Notes: generated by a model not told the origin, from the sequence alone. A DNA stretch of 64,000 nt from the human T2T-CHM13v2.0 reference genome, Homo sapiens (GCF_009914755.1 NC_060946.1), one strand, 5' to 3'. Shown: positions 1 to 16,947, numbered from the stretch's first letter. Numbers and translations are program-made.

Positions 1-1370
1 GAGGAGCGTCTCTGCCCGGCCGCCATCCCATCTAGGAAGCGAGGAGCGCCTCTTCCCCGCCGCCATCCCATCTAGGAAGTGAGGAACGTCTCTGCCCGGC
101 CGCCCATCGTCTGAGATGTGGGGAGCACCTCTGCCCCACCGCCCTGTCTGGGATGTGAGGAGCGCCTCTGCTGGGCCGCAACCCTGTCTGGGAGGTGAGG
201 AGCGTCTCTGCCCGGCCGCTCCGTCTGAGAAGTGAGGAAACCCTCTGCCTGGCAACCGCCCCGTCTGAGAAGTGAGGAGCCCCTCCGTCCGGCAACCACC
301 CCGTCTGGGAAGTGAGGAGCGTCTCCGCCCGGCAGCCACCCCGTCCGGGAGGGAGGTGGGGGGGGTCAGCCCCCCGCCCGACCAGCCGCCCCGTCCGGGA
401 GGTGAGGGGCGCCTCTGCCCGGCCGCCCCTACTGGGAAGTGAGGAGCCCCTCTGCCCGGCCAGCCGCCCCGTCCGGGAGGGAGGCGGCGGGGGGGGTCGG
501 CCAGCCGCCCCGTCCGGGAGGGAGGTGGGGGGGTCAGCCCCCCGCCCGGCCGGCCGCCCCGTCCGGGAGGTGAGGGGCGCCTCTGCCCGGCTGCCCCTAC
601 TGGGAAGTGAGGACCCCTCTGCCCGGCCAGCCGCCCCGTCCGGGAGGGAGGTGGGGGGGTCAGCCCCCCGCCCGGCCAGCCGCCCCGTCCGGGAGGTGAG
701 GGGCTCCTCTGCCCGGCCGCCCCTACTGGGAAGTGAGGAGCCCCTCTGCCCGGCCAGTCGCCCCGTCCAGGAGGGAGGTGGGTGGGTCAGCCCCCCGCCC
801 GGCCAGCCGCCCAGTCCGGGAGGGAGGTGGGGGGTCAGCCCCCCGCCCGGCCAGCCGCCCCGTCCGGGAGGGAGGTGGGGGGATCAGCCCCCCGCCTGGC
901 CAGCCGCCCCGTCCGGGAGGTGAGGGGCGCCTCTGCCCGGCCGCCCCTACTGGGAAGTGAGGAGCCCCTCTGCCCGGCCAGCCGCCCCGTCCGGGAGGGA
1001 GGTGGGGGGGTCAGCCCCCCTTCCGGCCGGCCGCCCCGTCCGGGAGGTGAGGGGCGCCTCTGCCCGGCCGCCCCTACTGGGAAGTGAGGACCCCTCTGCC
1101 CGGCCAGCCGCCCCGTCCGGGAGGGAGGTGGGGGGACAGCCCCCCGCCCGGCCAGCCGCCCTATCCAGGAGGTGAGGGGCGCCTCTGCCCGGCCGCCCCT
1201 ACTGGGAAGTGAGGAGCCCCTCTGCCTGGCCAGCCGCCCCGTCCGGGAGGGTGGTGGGGGGGTCAGCCCCCCGCCCGGCCAGCCGCCCCATCCGGGAGGT
1301 GAGGGGCGCTTCTGCCCGGCCGCCCCTACTGGGAAGTGAGGAGCCCCTCTGCCCGGCCACGACCCCGTCT
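1..1370 (+). repeat. SVA VNTR (about 35-50 bp GC-rich tandem units)
   Basis: Recurrent GCCCGGCCAGCCGCCCCGTCCGGGAGG and CCCCTACTGGGAAGTGAGGAG units. Confidence 0.95.
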
Positions 1371-1895
1371 GGGAGGTGTGCCCAGCGGCTCATTGGGGAT
1401 GGGCCATGATGACAATGGCGGTTTTGTGGAATAGAAAGGCGGGAAGGGTGGGGAAAAAATTGAGAAATCGGATGGTTGCCGGGTCTGTGTGGATAGAAGT
1501 AGACATGGGAGACTTTTCATTTTGTTCTGTACTAAGAAAAATTCTTCTGCCTTGGGATCTGTTGATCTGTGACCTTATCCCCAACCCTGTGCTCTCTGAA
1601 ACATGTGCTGTGTCACTCAGGGTTAAATGGATTAAGGGCGGTGCAAGATGTGCTTTGTTAAACAGATGCTTGAAGGCAGCATGCTCGTTAAGAGTCATCA
1701 CCACTCCCTAATCTTAAGTACCCAGGGACACAAACACTGCGGAAGGCTGCAGGGTCCTCTGCCTAGGAAAACCAGAGACCTTTGTTCACTTGTTTATCTG
1801 CTGACCTTCCCTCCACTATTGTCCTATGACCCTGCCAAATCCCCCTCTGCGAGAAACACCAAAGAATGATCAATAAAAAAAAAAAAAAAAAAAAA
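1..1895 (+). mobile_element. SVA retrotransposon, 3' portion (VNTR, SINE-R, polyA), probably SVA_E; 5' end outside window
   Basis: GC-rich VNTR units to about 1370, then HERV-K-derived SINE-R, AATAAA 1872-1877 and A-tail to 1895. SINE-R variants (CCCAGCGGCTCATTGGGGATGGGCC, GTGTGGATAGAAG) match my recollection of SVA_E; subfamily less certain than family. Confidence 0.95.
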
Positions 1896-1904
1896 CAACA
1901 ACAA

Positions 1905-2577
<673 letters not shown>

Positions 2578-2637
2578 TTAGTAAACTGAAAGTAAAAGAA
2601 AAGGACAATAAAAGATTGACATATGAGAATATATCAA

Positions 2638-2763
2638 TTTTTTGTTTTTAAGAGATAGGGTCTTGCTATGTTGCCCAGGCTGGTCTTGAACTCCTGGGCT
2701 TAAGCCATCCTCCCACCTCAGCCTCCTGAGTAGCTGGGACTATAGGAGCACACCATCATGCCT
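2638..2763 (-). mobile_element. FLAM/Alu monomer
   Basis: Reverse-complement Alu monomer motifs. Confidence 0.8.
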
Positions 2764-2970
2764 ATCATTTTTTTTACATCCCTAAACTATGTATTGTTTT
2801 TTAAGAATCTTTGTCTTTGTTCTTCAGTTAACTGACTGGTGGTCAGTCTCCATCTCATGAGACAGATACTTAATGACCACTGATCAGATGTCATGTCAGG
2901 TCAGGAAATAAACTAGTGTAAACCTGGGCTGAAGAAGCTACGCACAGGCTATGGGCACAGCACTTAGCAC

Positions 2971-3278
2971 TTTTTTTTTTTTTTTTTTTTTTTTGAGACA
3001 GGGTCTGGCTCTGTCACCAAGGCTGGAGTGCAATGATGAAATCTTGGCTCACTGCAGCCTCAACCTCCTGGGCTCAAGCAATCCTCCCACTTCAGCCTCC
3101 TGAGCAGCTGGGATCATAGGTGTGCACCACCACATCTGGCTAATTTTTATGTTTTTTTGTAGAGACGGAGTTTCGCCATGTTGCTCAGGCTGGTCTCAAA
3201 CTCCCAAACTCAAGTAATCTGCCTGTCCCAGCCTCCCACAGTGCTGGGATTACAGGTGTGAGCTACCACCCACTACCT
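2971..3278 (-). mobile_element. AluJ
   Basis: T-run plus dimeric Alu; TSD AGCACTTAGCACTTTTT on both sides. Confidence 0.9.
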
Positions 3279-4052
3279 AGCACTTAGCACTTTTTAAATA
3301 AAATTCTTCCTGCCCTCAATGAAAAGAAACAACTATATAATTTGTTTAAAGACCAGGAAAAGTTAATAATGAGTACAGAATTCAGAATTCTCAATTTCCC
3401 ACCCGGAAGAAATGCTCTAGGCCCTCGGCCTCCCTGAAGCTTCCCTGATGTTGATATGTGAACCTAGTAAAACACTGGTCCCATCTTGCATCTCCCCAGA
3501 CTGGATCTGGAGATGAGGTGAAAACCCACATGGCCAGGAGAAAAGCAGGACTGTGATCTGCACTGCCCTGACCCAGGCCAGCGGGTTGACAACACCTGCT
3601 GCAAAGGTTCCTGGTGCAAAAACTACTCCCTTTAATCGGTGCTTCAGGGCATCTGGGAATAAGGAGCAGGGTAAACCAGAAGGAAAGGAAAATGAAATTT
3701 CTCTTACCTCACCTGTGCCAAAAGGCTGCAGAGCTGTGGCCTTTGACACTTACAAGATTATCTTAACACAAGGAGGGCAGAAAACATCCCCAAGACTAAG
3801 AGCACAGGTCTTCCTTCTCAGCACATCAACACCCAGCTTAGTAACAATGAGACCCCAAAAGAGGCAACTACTTACCTGAAAAAAGCAGCTGGGGAGAGGT
3901 TGGAAAACAAAAGTAGGCCCCACCCCTAGTTTTTCTTATTCTAAACTAAACCCTAGAGATGGATATATGTGGATTTGCTTGTTCTGTTTGGCAACCAAAG
4001 GTCAGGAAAGCTGGCTGCTTTCTATAAAAAATGAAATCAGTAAGTGTGTATG

Positions 4053-4338
4053 GGCTGGGTGTGGTGGCTCACGCCTGTAATCTCAGCACTTTGGGAGGCC
4101 AAGGTGAGAGGATCACTTGAGGTCAGGGGTTCAAGACCAGCCTGGCCAACATGCGAAACCCCATCTCTGCTAAAAATACAAAACTCAGCCAGGAGTGGCG
4201 GCACATGCCTGTAATCCCAGCTACTTGGGGGCTGAGGCAGAAGAACTGCTTAAACCCAGGAGGCAGAGGTTGCAGTGAGCCGAGATCTCATCACCGCACT
4301 CCAGCACTCCAGCTTTGGCGACAGAGCGAGACTCCATC
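4053..4338 (+). mobile_element. AluS lacking polyA tail
   Basis: Dimeric Alu ending GAGACTCCATC directly into unique sequence. Confidence 0.9.
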
Positions 4339-6144
4339 AGCTGTGCACCTCTCTGGATGGGGTGCTCACCCCAGAGACTGGCTGTCTCCCACAAGCCATT
4401 CCTGATGGGCTCCACGTTCTGCCCACAAGGGCAGCAGATGGGCACACTCCAAGGCTCCATTGTGGCCCCCCACTGGCCTCACTTCTCTCCACATGCAGGC
4501 CCAGGTCTAGGTCCAGGAGTGTCACCTTTACAGCACCTAGGTGCAACTGAAGACACTGCCTCCAGCCCTCGCTCGGCCAACCCCTGAGAAGGACCCACCT
4601 GGTTTTGAAACATTTGCAAAACATAAAGATAACAGGACAAAGAACAGCCCCTCCAACAGACACACACACAGACACATTCACATGTCATCCAGCTCCAGCT
4701 GGTTTTTAACCTTCTGTCTGCCTCTTCACCACATTATATTCAGAGGGAGGGCTAAGGTCTGAAAATGTCCTGGAAATCTGATAAGTCTCCCAGACGCCTA
4801 ACCCCTCCCCATGCAGGAATCACTGAGCAAAACCCAGGTTCTCCACAGTCTCATCTCCAACTGAAGTGATTCTCCACCCTCCCATGCCCACCCTGCCCAC
4901 CCCTTGCTGACTGCAGGTCTGATGTCCATTACAGGGCCACTATAGAGCCACCGGCCACTTGGCTTCACCCCACACCCCCAACACAAAGAAACATCGAGGT
5001 CTTCTTGATTGGGCCAATGCCCCAGGTCAGGAGGCTCACGCTTGACTTTCCAAACAACGATCCCCTTGCTCTGTAGTTTTAGCCAAGCACCCTCAAGGTG
5101 ATTTCCCTTTCCCCAGAATTAACACAGAAACAGTAAGCATTAGGCAAGGGAAAAACAAGAAAAGGAAGACCAGGAACTATGCTAGGAGATTTAAAAGAGG
5201 TAAATGATCACTAACAAAAGAGAACTTGACCAACAGAAAAGGAAAAGCAATTCAAGCTAAGCAAAACCGTGCCACTGCGTCAGCCACGACGCTGGGCTGC
5301 AGTGTGGTCAGCGAGTCTGGTAAGCACCCTGGCTGTTTGGAAAAGCGCAGCGGCCCCCAAAGAAAACACTCGTGAGTATCAATCAAGGGCAGCATTCATC
5401 CGGCCAAACGAAATCAAACGCCTAAAAGAAATGACCTTGGTTCCCCTCTCCCTCCACAACCCCTTCCCAGCATGGCAACCAGCAGACAGGCTCGATCTCA
5501 CCACCCGCCACTTCAGGGGCTCATTCCTCCACAGTTCACGGAGGCCTTTTGGGGCCCTGCACGCTGCTGAGTGCACATGCATGACAGTGACACTCTAATG
5601 GGGGGTGAAGATACACACTAAAATCCACATGGGAACACAATGACTTCAGACACAGCAGAGGGCTACTTCAGGGCAGAGAGCAACATCAGTGACCACTGAG
5701 AGGGGGCTTTTGTGCTATGACCTGAAGACAAAGAACATTCCAGGAAGTGGGAACCCCACGTGCAAAGACCCTAAGAAGGGGCAGCAGCTACTGCATCAAC
5801 ACTTGTCTCTCTAGATCTAATCTCTATCCTTTTCTACCCATTCTAAAAAAACCTTCCCGAAACCTAGATGTGGTCTCACCTTTCTCTTCTGCTTAAAAGC
5901 CTTTGATAGCCACTGCCTATATAATAAAGCCCCTAAGATCCCCTTCTTGAGTAAAGTTTATTGGATGTAAATCACACATACCTACACGCACACATACATA
6001 GATACTCCATTCCCACTGACGCCTTCCCTAACTAACACCCCTCAGACAGCCTGTAGAGTCCACTCCACCCACCCTTGATGTGTAGTCAATGAGAAGACAT
6101 TTTTGATGACTTGCTGGGGGGTGTGTCTGAATCTATACACAAAA

Positions 6145-6275
6145 CACCAAGACTGACCTGGGTTCAAACCCTGACTCTGTCACTTACCACCCATGTGTCC
6201 CTGAACAAATATTTTAACTATCTCTCTGAGCCTCCATTTCATTTATGTGTAAAAAAGTGATAACAGCACTAACCT
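6145..6275 (+). mobile_element. MIR fragment
   Basis: CCTGGGTTCAAACCCTGACTCTGTCACTTAC...TCTCTGAGCCTCCATTTC core motifs. Confidence 0.7.
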
Positions 6276-6367
6276 TGGGTACCCCAACACTGATCATCAC
6301 TGTTATTATATGGGCTGCTTAGCTTCCCACAGATAAAAATTTCATCTCCAGCCCCTAGATAAGATGA

Positions 6368-6828
<461 letters not shown>

Positions 6829-6865
6829 TAAAACCTCCAGAACACATTTTAAAATGCCTGTTCCA

Positions 6866-7168
6866 GGCTGGACGTAGTGGTTTATGTCTGTAATCCCAGC
6901 ACTTTGGGAGGCTGAGGCGGGCAGATCACTTGAGGTCAGGAGTTCAAGACCAGCCTGGCCAACATGGTGAAACCCCGTCTCTACTAAAGATACAAAAATT
7001 AGCCAGGTGTGATGGCACATCCCTGTAGTCCCAGCTACTTGGGAGGCTGAGGTGAATCACTTGAACTCGGGAGGTGGAGGTTGCTGTGAGCCGAGATCGC
7101 ACCACTGCACCCCAGCCTGGGCAACATAACGAGACTGTGGCTCAAAAACAAAATAAATAAATACATAA
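6866..7168 (+). mobile_element. AluS
   Basis: Full Alu; TSD AAATGCCTGTTCCA. Confidence 0.92.
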
Positions 7169-7893
7169 ATGCCTGTTCCAGAGAACACAAAAGCAAAACC
7201 ATTTAGAAAATGTAGGTTTGTCCCAGGCACCAAAGACAAGGAGAAGATAGTCTCTGAACACTTTTCATTCACATTCACTGCTAGGACCCTCACAGTTACA
7301 AAGCCCACGAGGACACAGACAGCTGTGGGATGTGTGAGTGAGGGGTGGGGGGCACGTCATGGCCAGAGCAGGAGAGGACCACAACCAAATAGAGCTTGAA
7401 CTCATCTTCATCAAGGTACAACTCAACCTTCTACTTCCCAAGATTAGTTAATCCTGCGTCCTAGTAATTAAAGAAAAAAATACATTATGCAATGAACTGA
7501 AAATCTGGTTCAAATTCAGCAACCTGTAGAAGTCCAGGCTTAGGGTCCACTGGCCAAAAGTATAACTGCTCCTAACTACAGCAGCTCGGGAAGAAAATAA
7601 TGTAGCCACAGGTATGAAGATTTCAGTGAAATGTAGCAAAACATTTCTAAATAGCTCTCTGTACCAAATGCAGTTCAGTTAACATTGCTCTCCAAACTTC
7701 CTTCTCTTTCAAGAAGGGATACCAAACTTGATCCAATCTAATTCATGTTGGCCCCAGCCCACACATTCCAAAGAAACATTTTCAAAAACTCAAATTATTT
7801 TTTTAGCTTGCCATAAAATTTACAATGACATCACATGCATTTGGGAAAAAATATAGAAACTTAAATCCATGATCTGAAAGGTGGTCAAAGAAA

Positions 7894-8848
<955 letters not shown>

Positions 8849-8874
8849 TCATTCTCTTGGAGGGGGAAAAAAAA

Positions 8875-8907
<33 letters not shown>

Positions 8908-9141
8908 TATATGTATATATATGTGTGTATATATAGGTAAGATGTAAGCCAGTTCAAGCATTTAAACAGGTTTAAAAAAAGAAGATATATTTATATATAC
9001 ATATATACACACACATATATATACACACATATGTATATATATGTATATATATATATATACACACACATATGTGTGTATATATATGTGTGTGTATATATGT
9101 AAGATGTAAGCCAGTTCAAGCATTTAAACAGGTTTAAAAAA
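8875..9141. repeat. Compound (TA)n/(CA)n/(TG)n microsatellite with duplicated 43-bp unique segment
   Basis: GTAAGATGTAAGCCAGTTCAAGCATTTAAACAGGTTTAAAAAA at 8937-8979 and 9099-9141. Confidence 0.92.
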
Positions 9142-9934
9142 TGAATGATTTTTTTAAAAAGAATGATTTTTAAACACAGCTAATTTCTGCAGTCAGTCAA
9201 CGTGACTTTCCACATGAGGGCAGCCCTGGGCACTTGCAATCACAGACGGCCACAAACCAACTGGCTTTGGGTAAGAAGGGATACTCCTCCCAAAGAATGA
9301 ATCAGTCTTAGGACTGCAGATCCTCATGTCACTCATGCCTGCATTGTTCATCCCACAGAGCCTGCTTGCCTATGATGTGCCATTTCAGAGCTAAGAACTG
9401 CACACTACAATACAAAATGCAGTCCCCTGCCCTCCGCCTACCCAGCTCCTAGCCCCACAGAAGACAAACAGGTCGGTCATACCATACATGAGGAGTATGG
9501 GGACGGGGGTGGACCATCCACTCTGCAGGCCCAGGGGCAAAACACCTGGAGGGAGGGGAAGGTGAAATTAGAGCCAAGTTTTGAAGGATGAGTTCAGCAG
9601 GCAAAGACGGGAAGAATGGCATTTGCAGTAGACAAGATTTGCATGGGAGAAATGCAAGAAGTTCAGGAGTGTGGCAAGAGATGAGACTCAACGGGTAAGC
9701 AGGGGTCAGACCACAAGTCTGGATTTTATTGTGATAACAACAGAGAACCACTCAAGAATTTTAATCTCAGACAGTCCGACCCCTCCCCGTTGCCAATAAG
9801 AACATGAAGATGTGGAAGAGGGCCATGGAAACCACTCTATTTGGCTCAAGAGCTAATGAAAAATGCTAAACCATATCTGTCCTTCAATGTTCAATAACAA
9901 AAAGCACAGCCCAAAGACTTCTTCCAGATGGTCA

Positions 9935-10035
9935 CCTTCTCTGTGCCTCAGTTTCCTCATCTGTAAAATGGACAGCAGCCACCTCACAACGCTGTTGTGA
10001 GGACTCAACGGGTTCTATACACAAAGTGCTTACAG
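9935..10035 (+). mobile_element. MIR core
   Basis: CTCTGTGCCTCAGTTTCCTCATCTGTAAAATGG. Confidence 0.85.
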
Positions 10036-11472
10036 CAGAAGAAAGCTCCATCACTTTTAGGTGCTGGTGGAACTCCTAGTGCTAGGACTAGTAGTACCAG
10101 CAGTTTATGAGTCAGAACACACTGCCCCCAGATCAAAAAGCAGATGGAGACTTTACCACCTCCTAGGAAGCTGCTGTACAATGGTATAGACTTGGAGACT
10201 GCTCAGAGCCACTTTGTGACTGAAGGGAAAAGAATGAACTTGTGTTAACCCCTCCCACCCCCATCCACCCCAGTCATAAAGCTGGTCAAGGACAAGCAGT
10301 GGCTCAGAGCAGAGCCCAGTTCCCTGGGTCTCAGCTGGCTGCAGGTCTCAAGGCTGTCAGCCCTCGCAGAATGGGGAACAGCCCCTCCCACCTTTCTCAG
10401 CCTGAGCCCCACCCCACCCATCCAGGCACAGAAGGCTTCTTCTCCCTCCACCTCTCTGTCCTGGCAAGCCTCTAGTCACCTCTGGAAATGAGACACTGCC
10501 CAGAACCCACCAACCAGAAGCCTCTGTATGGCCCAGAGAAGAAGGAGAGAGACTGTGCGGGAATCCAGCGGGCATCGCCCAGTCCCTTTCCCAGCCCTAT
10601 CCAATGATAGAGCTCCTGCTGTCAGGAGCTGGGAACTCCCAGGTGCGATAAAGAGAAAGCCATGCCATACGAAGCTGAGAACAGTAAACAGTCATGAAGA
10701 GATCCAAGGGCTCAGAACCACAATTCCCAGACCTCTGGGTTTCACCAATTAGAAATTTTCCCCCAAAATTTTGGGGACTTTTCAACAAATGGTACTGAAA
10801 CAACTGGCTATCCACAGACAAAAAAAAAAAAAAAAAACCTTCAATTCACACACCGCAACACATTTTAAAAGTTCAAAATGGATCACAGGCCTAAATGTAA
10901 AACATAAAACTATAACATTTCTAGACGAGACATGAGAAAACATTTGTGACCTGGGATTAGGCAAAGATTTTAGCTGTGACACCAACCAAAAAAGCACAAG
11001 CCGTAAAAGAACAAATTGACTTCAGCAAATGTTTAAAACTTCTGTTCTTCAAAAGATACTGTTAAAAGAATGAAAAGACAGCCTCAGACAGGGAGTCAAT
11101 ATTTTCAAATTATGTAATTGATCAAGGAATTGTATCCAAAATATATTTTAAAAATTTCAAAACTAAGTTAATAAAACAACTCAGCTTTTTCAACAGGCAA
11201 GTGATTTAAAGAGATAATCACTAGGGAAATGCAAATTAAACCTACCAGAATGGCAAAAATTAAAAAGACTACATGTACCAAGTGTTGGTGAGGATGTGGG
11301 GGAACTAGAACCCAGTGCTGGTGATGCGCGCAAAGCACTTTGGAAAAGTTTGGCAGTGTCTGGACATGTTAAACGTACCCTAGCCACCAAACCTAGCCTA
11401 ACCACCTAAACCACCAAAGCACCTAGCCATTCCACTCTAGGTATTTACCCCAGGGAAGTGGAAGCAGATGTT

Positions 11473-11610
11473 GGCCAAGTGCAGTGGTTCACACCTGTAA
11501 TCCCAACACTTTAGAAGACTGAGGCAGGAGGATCATTTGAGCCCAGGAGTTCAAGATCAGTCTTGGCAACATAGGGAGACTCTGTCTCCATTAAATTTTT
11601 GATAAAAAGA
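11473..11610 (+). mobile_element. FLAM monomer within L1
   Basis: TSD AAGCAGATGT. Confidence 0.85.
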
Positions 11611-11888
11611 AAGCAGATGTCCCCACAGAGACTGGCACACAAATGTTAATAGCACCTTATTTTTCTGTAACATCTTTTCACGACATAGCATCTTCATTTG
11701 TGATTACACCAAGTGGAAACAGCCCAAACGTCTGTCAATAGGTGAATGAACAAATTGTAGCATGCCCATGCATTGGATTTTTTAAAAAATGAAACTAACT
11801 GATAAATGCTACAACAATCTCAAAGTAATTTTACTGAGTGAAAGAAGCCAGACTAAAAATAACACATACTGTAAAAAGAATATATACT

Positions 11889-12233
<345 letters not shown>

Positions 12234-14788
12234 TTACATAAAATTTTAGAAAATGCAAATGATTCTACAGTGGCAAAGAGTAGAGCAGTGGTGGCCTGGA
12301 AGAAGTGGGGGCAGAGGGACCCCAAGTGGCAAGAGGAACCCTCAGAGGGTGGACTTCTCACTATCTTCTTTGCAATGATGGCTTAACAGTGTATTCATAT
12401 GCCAAAACTTATCGCCTGTTCATTATAACTCAATAAAACTGTTTCAAATTTGAAGGCAGAATAACATAAGACTGCTTACTTCTTATTTTGCCAAGTAAGA
12501 ATATCCTTTAGAAACTACCAGCTCTTTTCATCAACATGGAAAGATAGGACATTTTAAAATGTAAAAGATACAATGGTCAAAATTTTATACAGAAAGAGCC
12601 CTTCCCAAGAAAGGGCAGCTGCTAACCTTACACACATGAAAACTGCATTGCCCTTATTTTTTCCACGTTGATGATAACACGATTGCAGACTGTCATCTTC
12701 TGAGACTGGCAGGAATGCCCCTGAAGGCCGACCAGAGCCGAAGGACACTCTCCGGGTTCATCTCCACATCCGACCTGGCAGTTCCTCCTGGAAGGGCGGC
12801 ACCAGGGACAGCCATGTGCGCTGTGGGACCCAGACATCACTTCCCTGCCCTCCCACAAGTCAAGAAATCACAAGAAGAATGTGGCCCAAAAGGTTCCTGA
12901 AGCACTCCTATGCAGCTGAAGAAGGGAAGTGCCTTGTTTCCACAAGAGCTGCTCACCCCCAAGCCACAGTATCTGTGGTTTGCTGCTGGGACAAGTTCCA
13001 TAAGTCAACATTAAAAACTCTTCAGTGGGATTCCTCCAGGCTAAAGTCCAGTGAGCTAAAGCCGAAATCAAATATGAGCTCTCAAGAAGACCACGATGTA
13101 GACTGGAATCCTTCTGATATTGCGCCAGAATGCTAACAAAAGCCAAGAGATGTCATCAGCAAAGCCCTAGAGGGAAACTTTGGGTAAAATGACAGTGCAG
13201 TGCGCTCCTGCTCAAGTGTGGCTGGTTTGGTGGTAAGAAGGGCTGAGCAGGGGGACAGGCCTGCTCTTAACCCCACCTCCCCATGCAACTGGGGCTCCAG
13301 GCATGGTCCCAAGCCCCATGTGTCAGATAGGGAGGGACAACCCCAAACACACCCAGAAAATAAGCATGAACTTTACCATTCAAGAAACCAGGCACACACA
13401 TGAATCCAGAGCCGTGTCCTGCGCCACAAAGACCCTCGGGCGTGCTTATGGGGACACCCCAGCCTGCACACCCAAGCTCTGTCCACACATACCCTGCCCA
13501 TGGCCACCATTCAGCCACCTTTGGCTGGAGGCACGTGCACACAGTGCACAGCCTACCCTCAGCAGGACACGCCAGGGAGGCGGCCCATGCAGGCCATGTA
13601 AGGGGTCTGGGGGTTACTGGGGCAGGGAATTCCAGGGTCTCTGTCCCTGTGCATGGCCTAAAGGGAGAGGCACAAGTTTTAGGGAGATACCACTTCTTGA
13701 TACCTCAGATTCCTCACCCTATAGGGACAGTCACACTGGAAAAAGGGCCCCGGGCAGGGGTCCCACATGCCCCACCTACGGGAATGCTGACATATGAAAG
13801 GTCTGGGGGCTGCGGGGAGCACCCTAGCATATCCACACCTAGAGCCACAGCCTCGCAGCCAGCGAATGCAGCTGCCTCTTCCCTGGCCCAGAGATCCTTC
13901 TCTCTTGTCAGCAATCCCCATCCCACCCCAAGCCCCAGTCTCTGTCTCACTGGACTTTACACCAGGACTCCCGCAACTGTGCCTTGCCCGTTTAGACTGG
14001 AAATTCCATTTAGGCTGCCTCCTGGACTCCCTCTCAGGACCCTGCTTCCAACAATCACATAGTCAAAGGGGACAATGTCCCCCCTCCCCGCCTCGGGGCT
14101 GCTCCGGGCCCCAACTGCCAGGAAGCAAGACTGGACACTGCAACGTTTAACTCACATTGAGCTGAAGCAGCCGAGTTCTTCCTCTATAAAGTGAGCTGAC
14201 TGCAGAGAAACTGCACCCTGGCATTCAGTCATGTTTCACAATAACTCCAGAGGAGGAGCTCTGCTTCTGACATGAAGTGTGGCAAGCCTTAGAAGGAAGC
14301 AGAGCTACAAAGTTATTCAATGCAAATATTTAAAGAACAGGCTGCTTTTGGTGCCAGGAGGACGGCAGCTTGCAAACCTCCAGTCACAATAAAGGTTCTG
14401 CTTGGTTGGGACTGAGTCAGGATGACAAATGTTGTTTCATTGCACCCTCCGTCCACTGAGGAGACAAGGTTTTTAAAGCAACTTTTCAGGAAGTTACTCT
14501 GTCCATTGGGCAGGACCTTAAAAGTCACAGCAAGAGAGCAAGTGTCTGGTGTGGAAAAACCAGAGTGTGTATACAACTACTCAGTCAAGAACTAAATGTG
14601 CATTTCCAATGTCATTCACGCGGCAATTATTTGGAAATAAGGATGGGATCATGCAATTTTGCCAACAGTAAATATACAGATTTGGTAACTTCAAGTGCCT
14701 ATAATGTCCACCAGACAGAGGCCTTAAAGCACATTCCACCCATGTTTTCCTCCTTGAGAAAGGCAATTTGATTGTTAAAAGAAACAGT

Positions 14789-15717
<929 letters not shown>

Positions 15718-16164
15718 CAGAGAATAGAGACGGTCCAGGCCAAAATGGACACACTGAATTTTTTGTTGGTATTTCTGATGGTGTCCTCAGGCCTGGCTTA
15801 CTGAGTTCTACAGCCTCAAGCTGCATGCTGATCAAAACCACACATCACATTTCCTAGGTATGAGGCCTAGGCCCAGCTTTCTCACTTGCAAAACAAAGTT
15901 GTCATGAGAATAAGTGTAATCACGCAAGGAAAAATAGGACACCTGGCACAAAATGAGCCTCAATAAACATTAAATTTTTTAAAAATAATTCTGATAACGA
16001 TTGTGAAGTCAGAAACCAGTTCAGGGAAGTGAAGGCTAGAAGGGGGCTGGGAGGTTTGGCAACAAGCAGAGCCCTGGCAGGAGGGGATGAGGCTTGGACC
16101 CTCCCGCCCACTGAGGCTGGCCTTCCCTCCACACCAGGCTGGGGGTGTTTAATCACGCTCTGCC

Positions 16165-16275
16165 TCCTCTGACCAGAATGTAAGATCATGGACTACGTTG
16201 TTCCTGTTGTAACTCCAGTGCCTAGAACCGTGCCTAGCACATGGCAGGCGTTCAAAAATTTGCTGAATACATAAA
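16165..16275 (+). mobile_element. L2 3' end
   Basis: CCAGTGCCTAGAACCGTGCCTAGCACATGGCAGGCGTTCAAAAATTTGCTGAAT. Confidence 0.8.
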
Positions 16276-16284
16276 TGGGGATTT

Positions 16285-16613
<329 letters not shown>

Positions 16614-16692
16614 TTATGAATACATTGAATTGCATGCAAAAATGTCTGAGTCCATTTCTAGGGGGAAAGAATCTATTTGCATGAAATTCTCA

Positions 16693-16947
<255 letters not shown>

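Noticed and set aside
1-1370. CRISPR-like regular repeats
   Set aside because: Tandem VNTR without unique spacers, in a primate context with no cas genes
32-1869. Pro/Arg/Gly-rich ORFs up to 203 aa
   Set aside because: Translations of the stop-poor SVA VNTR and SINE-R, not genes
12669-12703. TGATGA...CTGA C/D-box-like pair
   Set aside because: Only about 35 nt span, no convincing terminal stem, and opposite to the host transcript
13303-14150. Overlapping 164, 220 and 118 aa plus-strand ORFs
   Set aside because: No recognisable domain, antisense intronic, composition typical of GC-rich non-coding DNA
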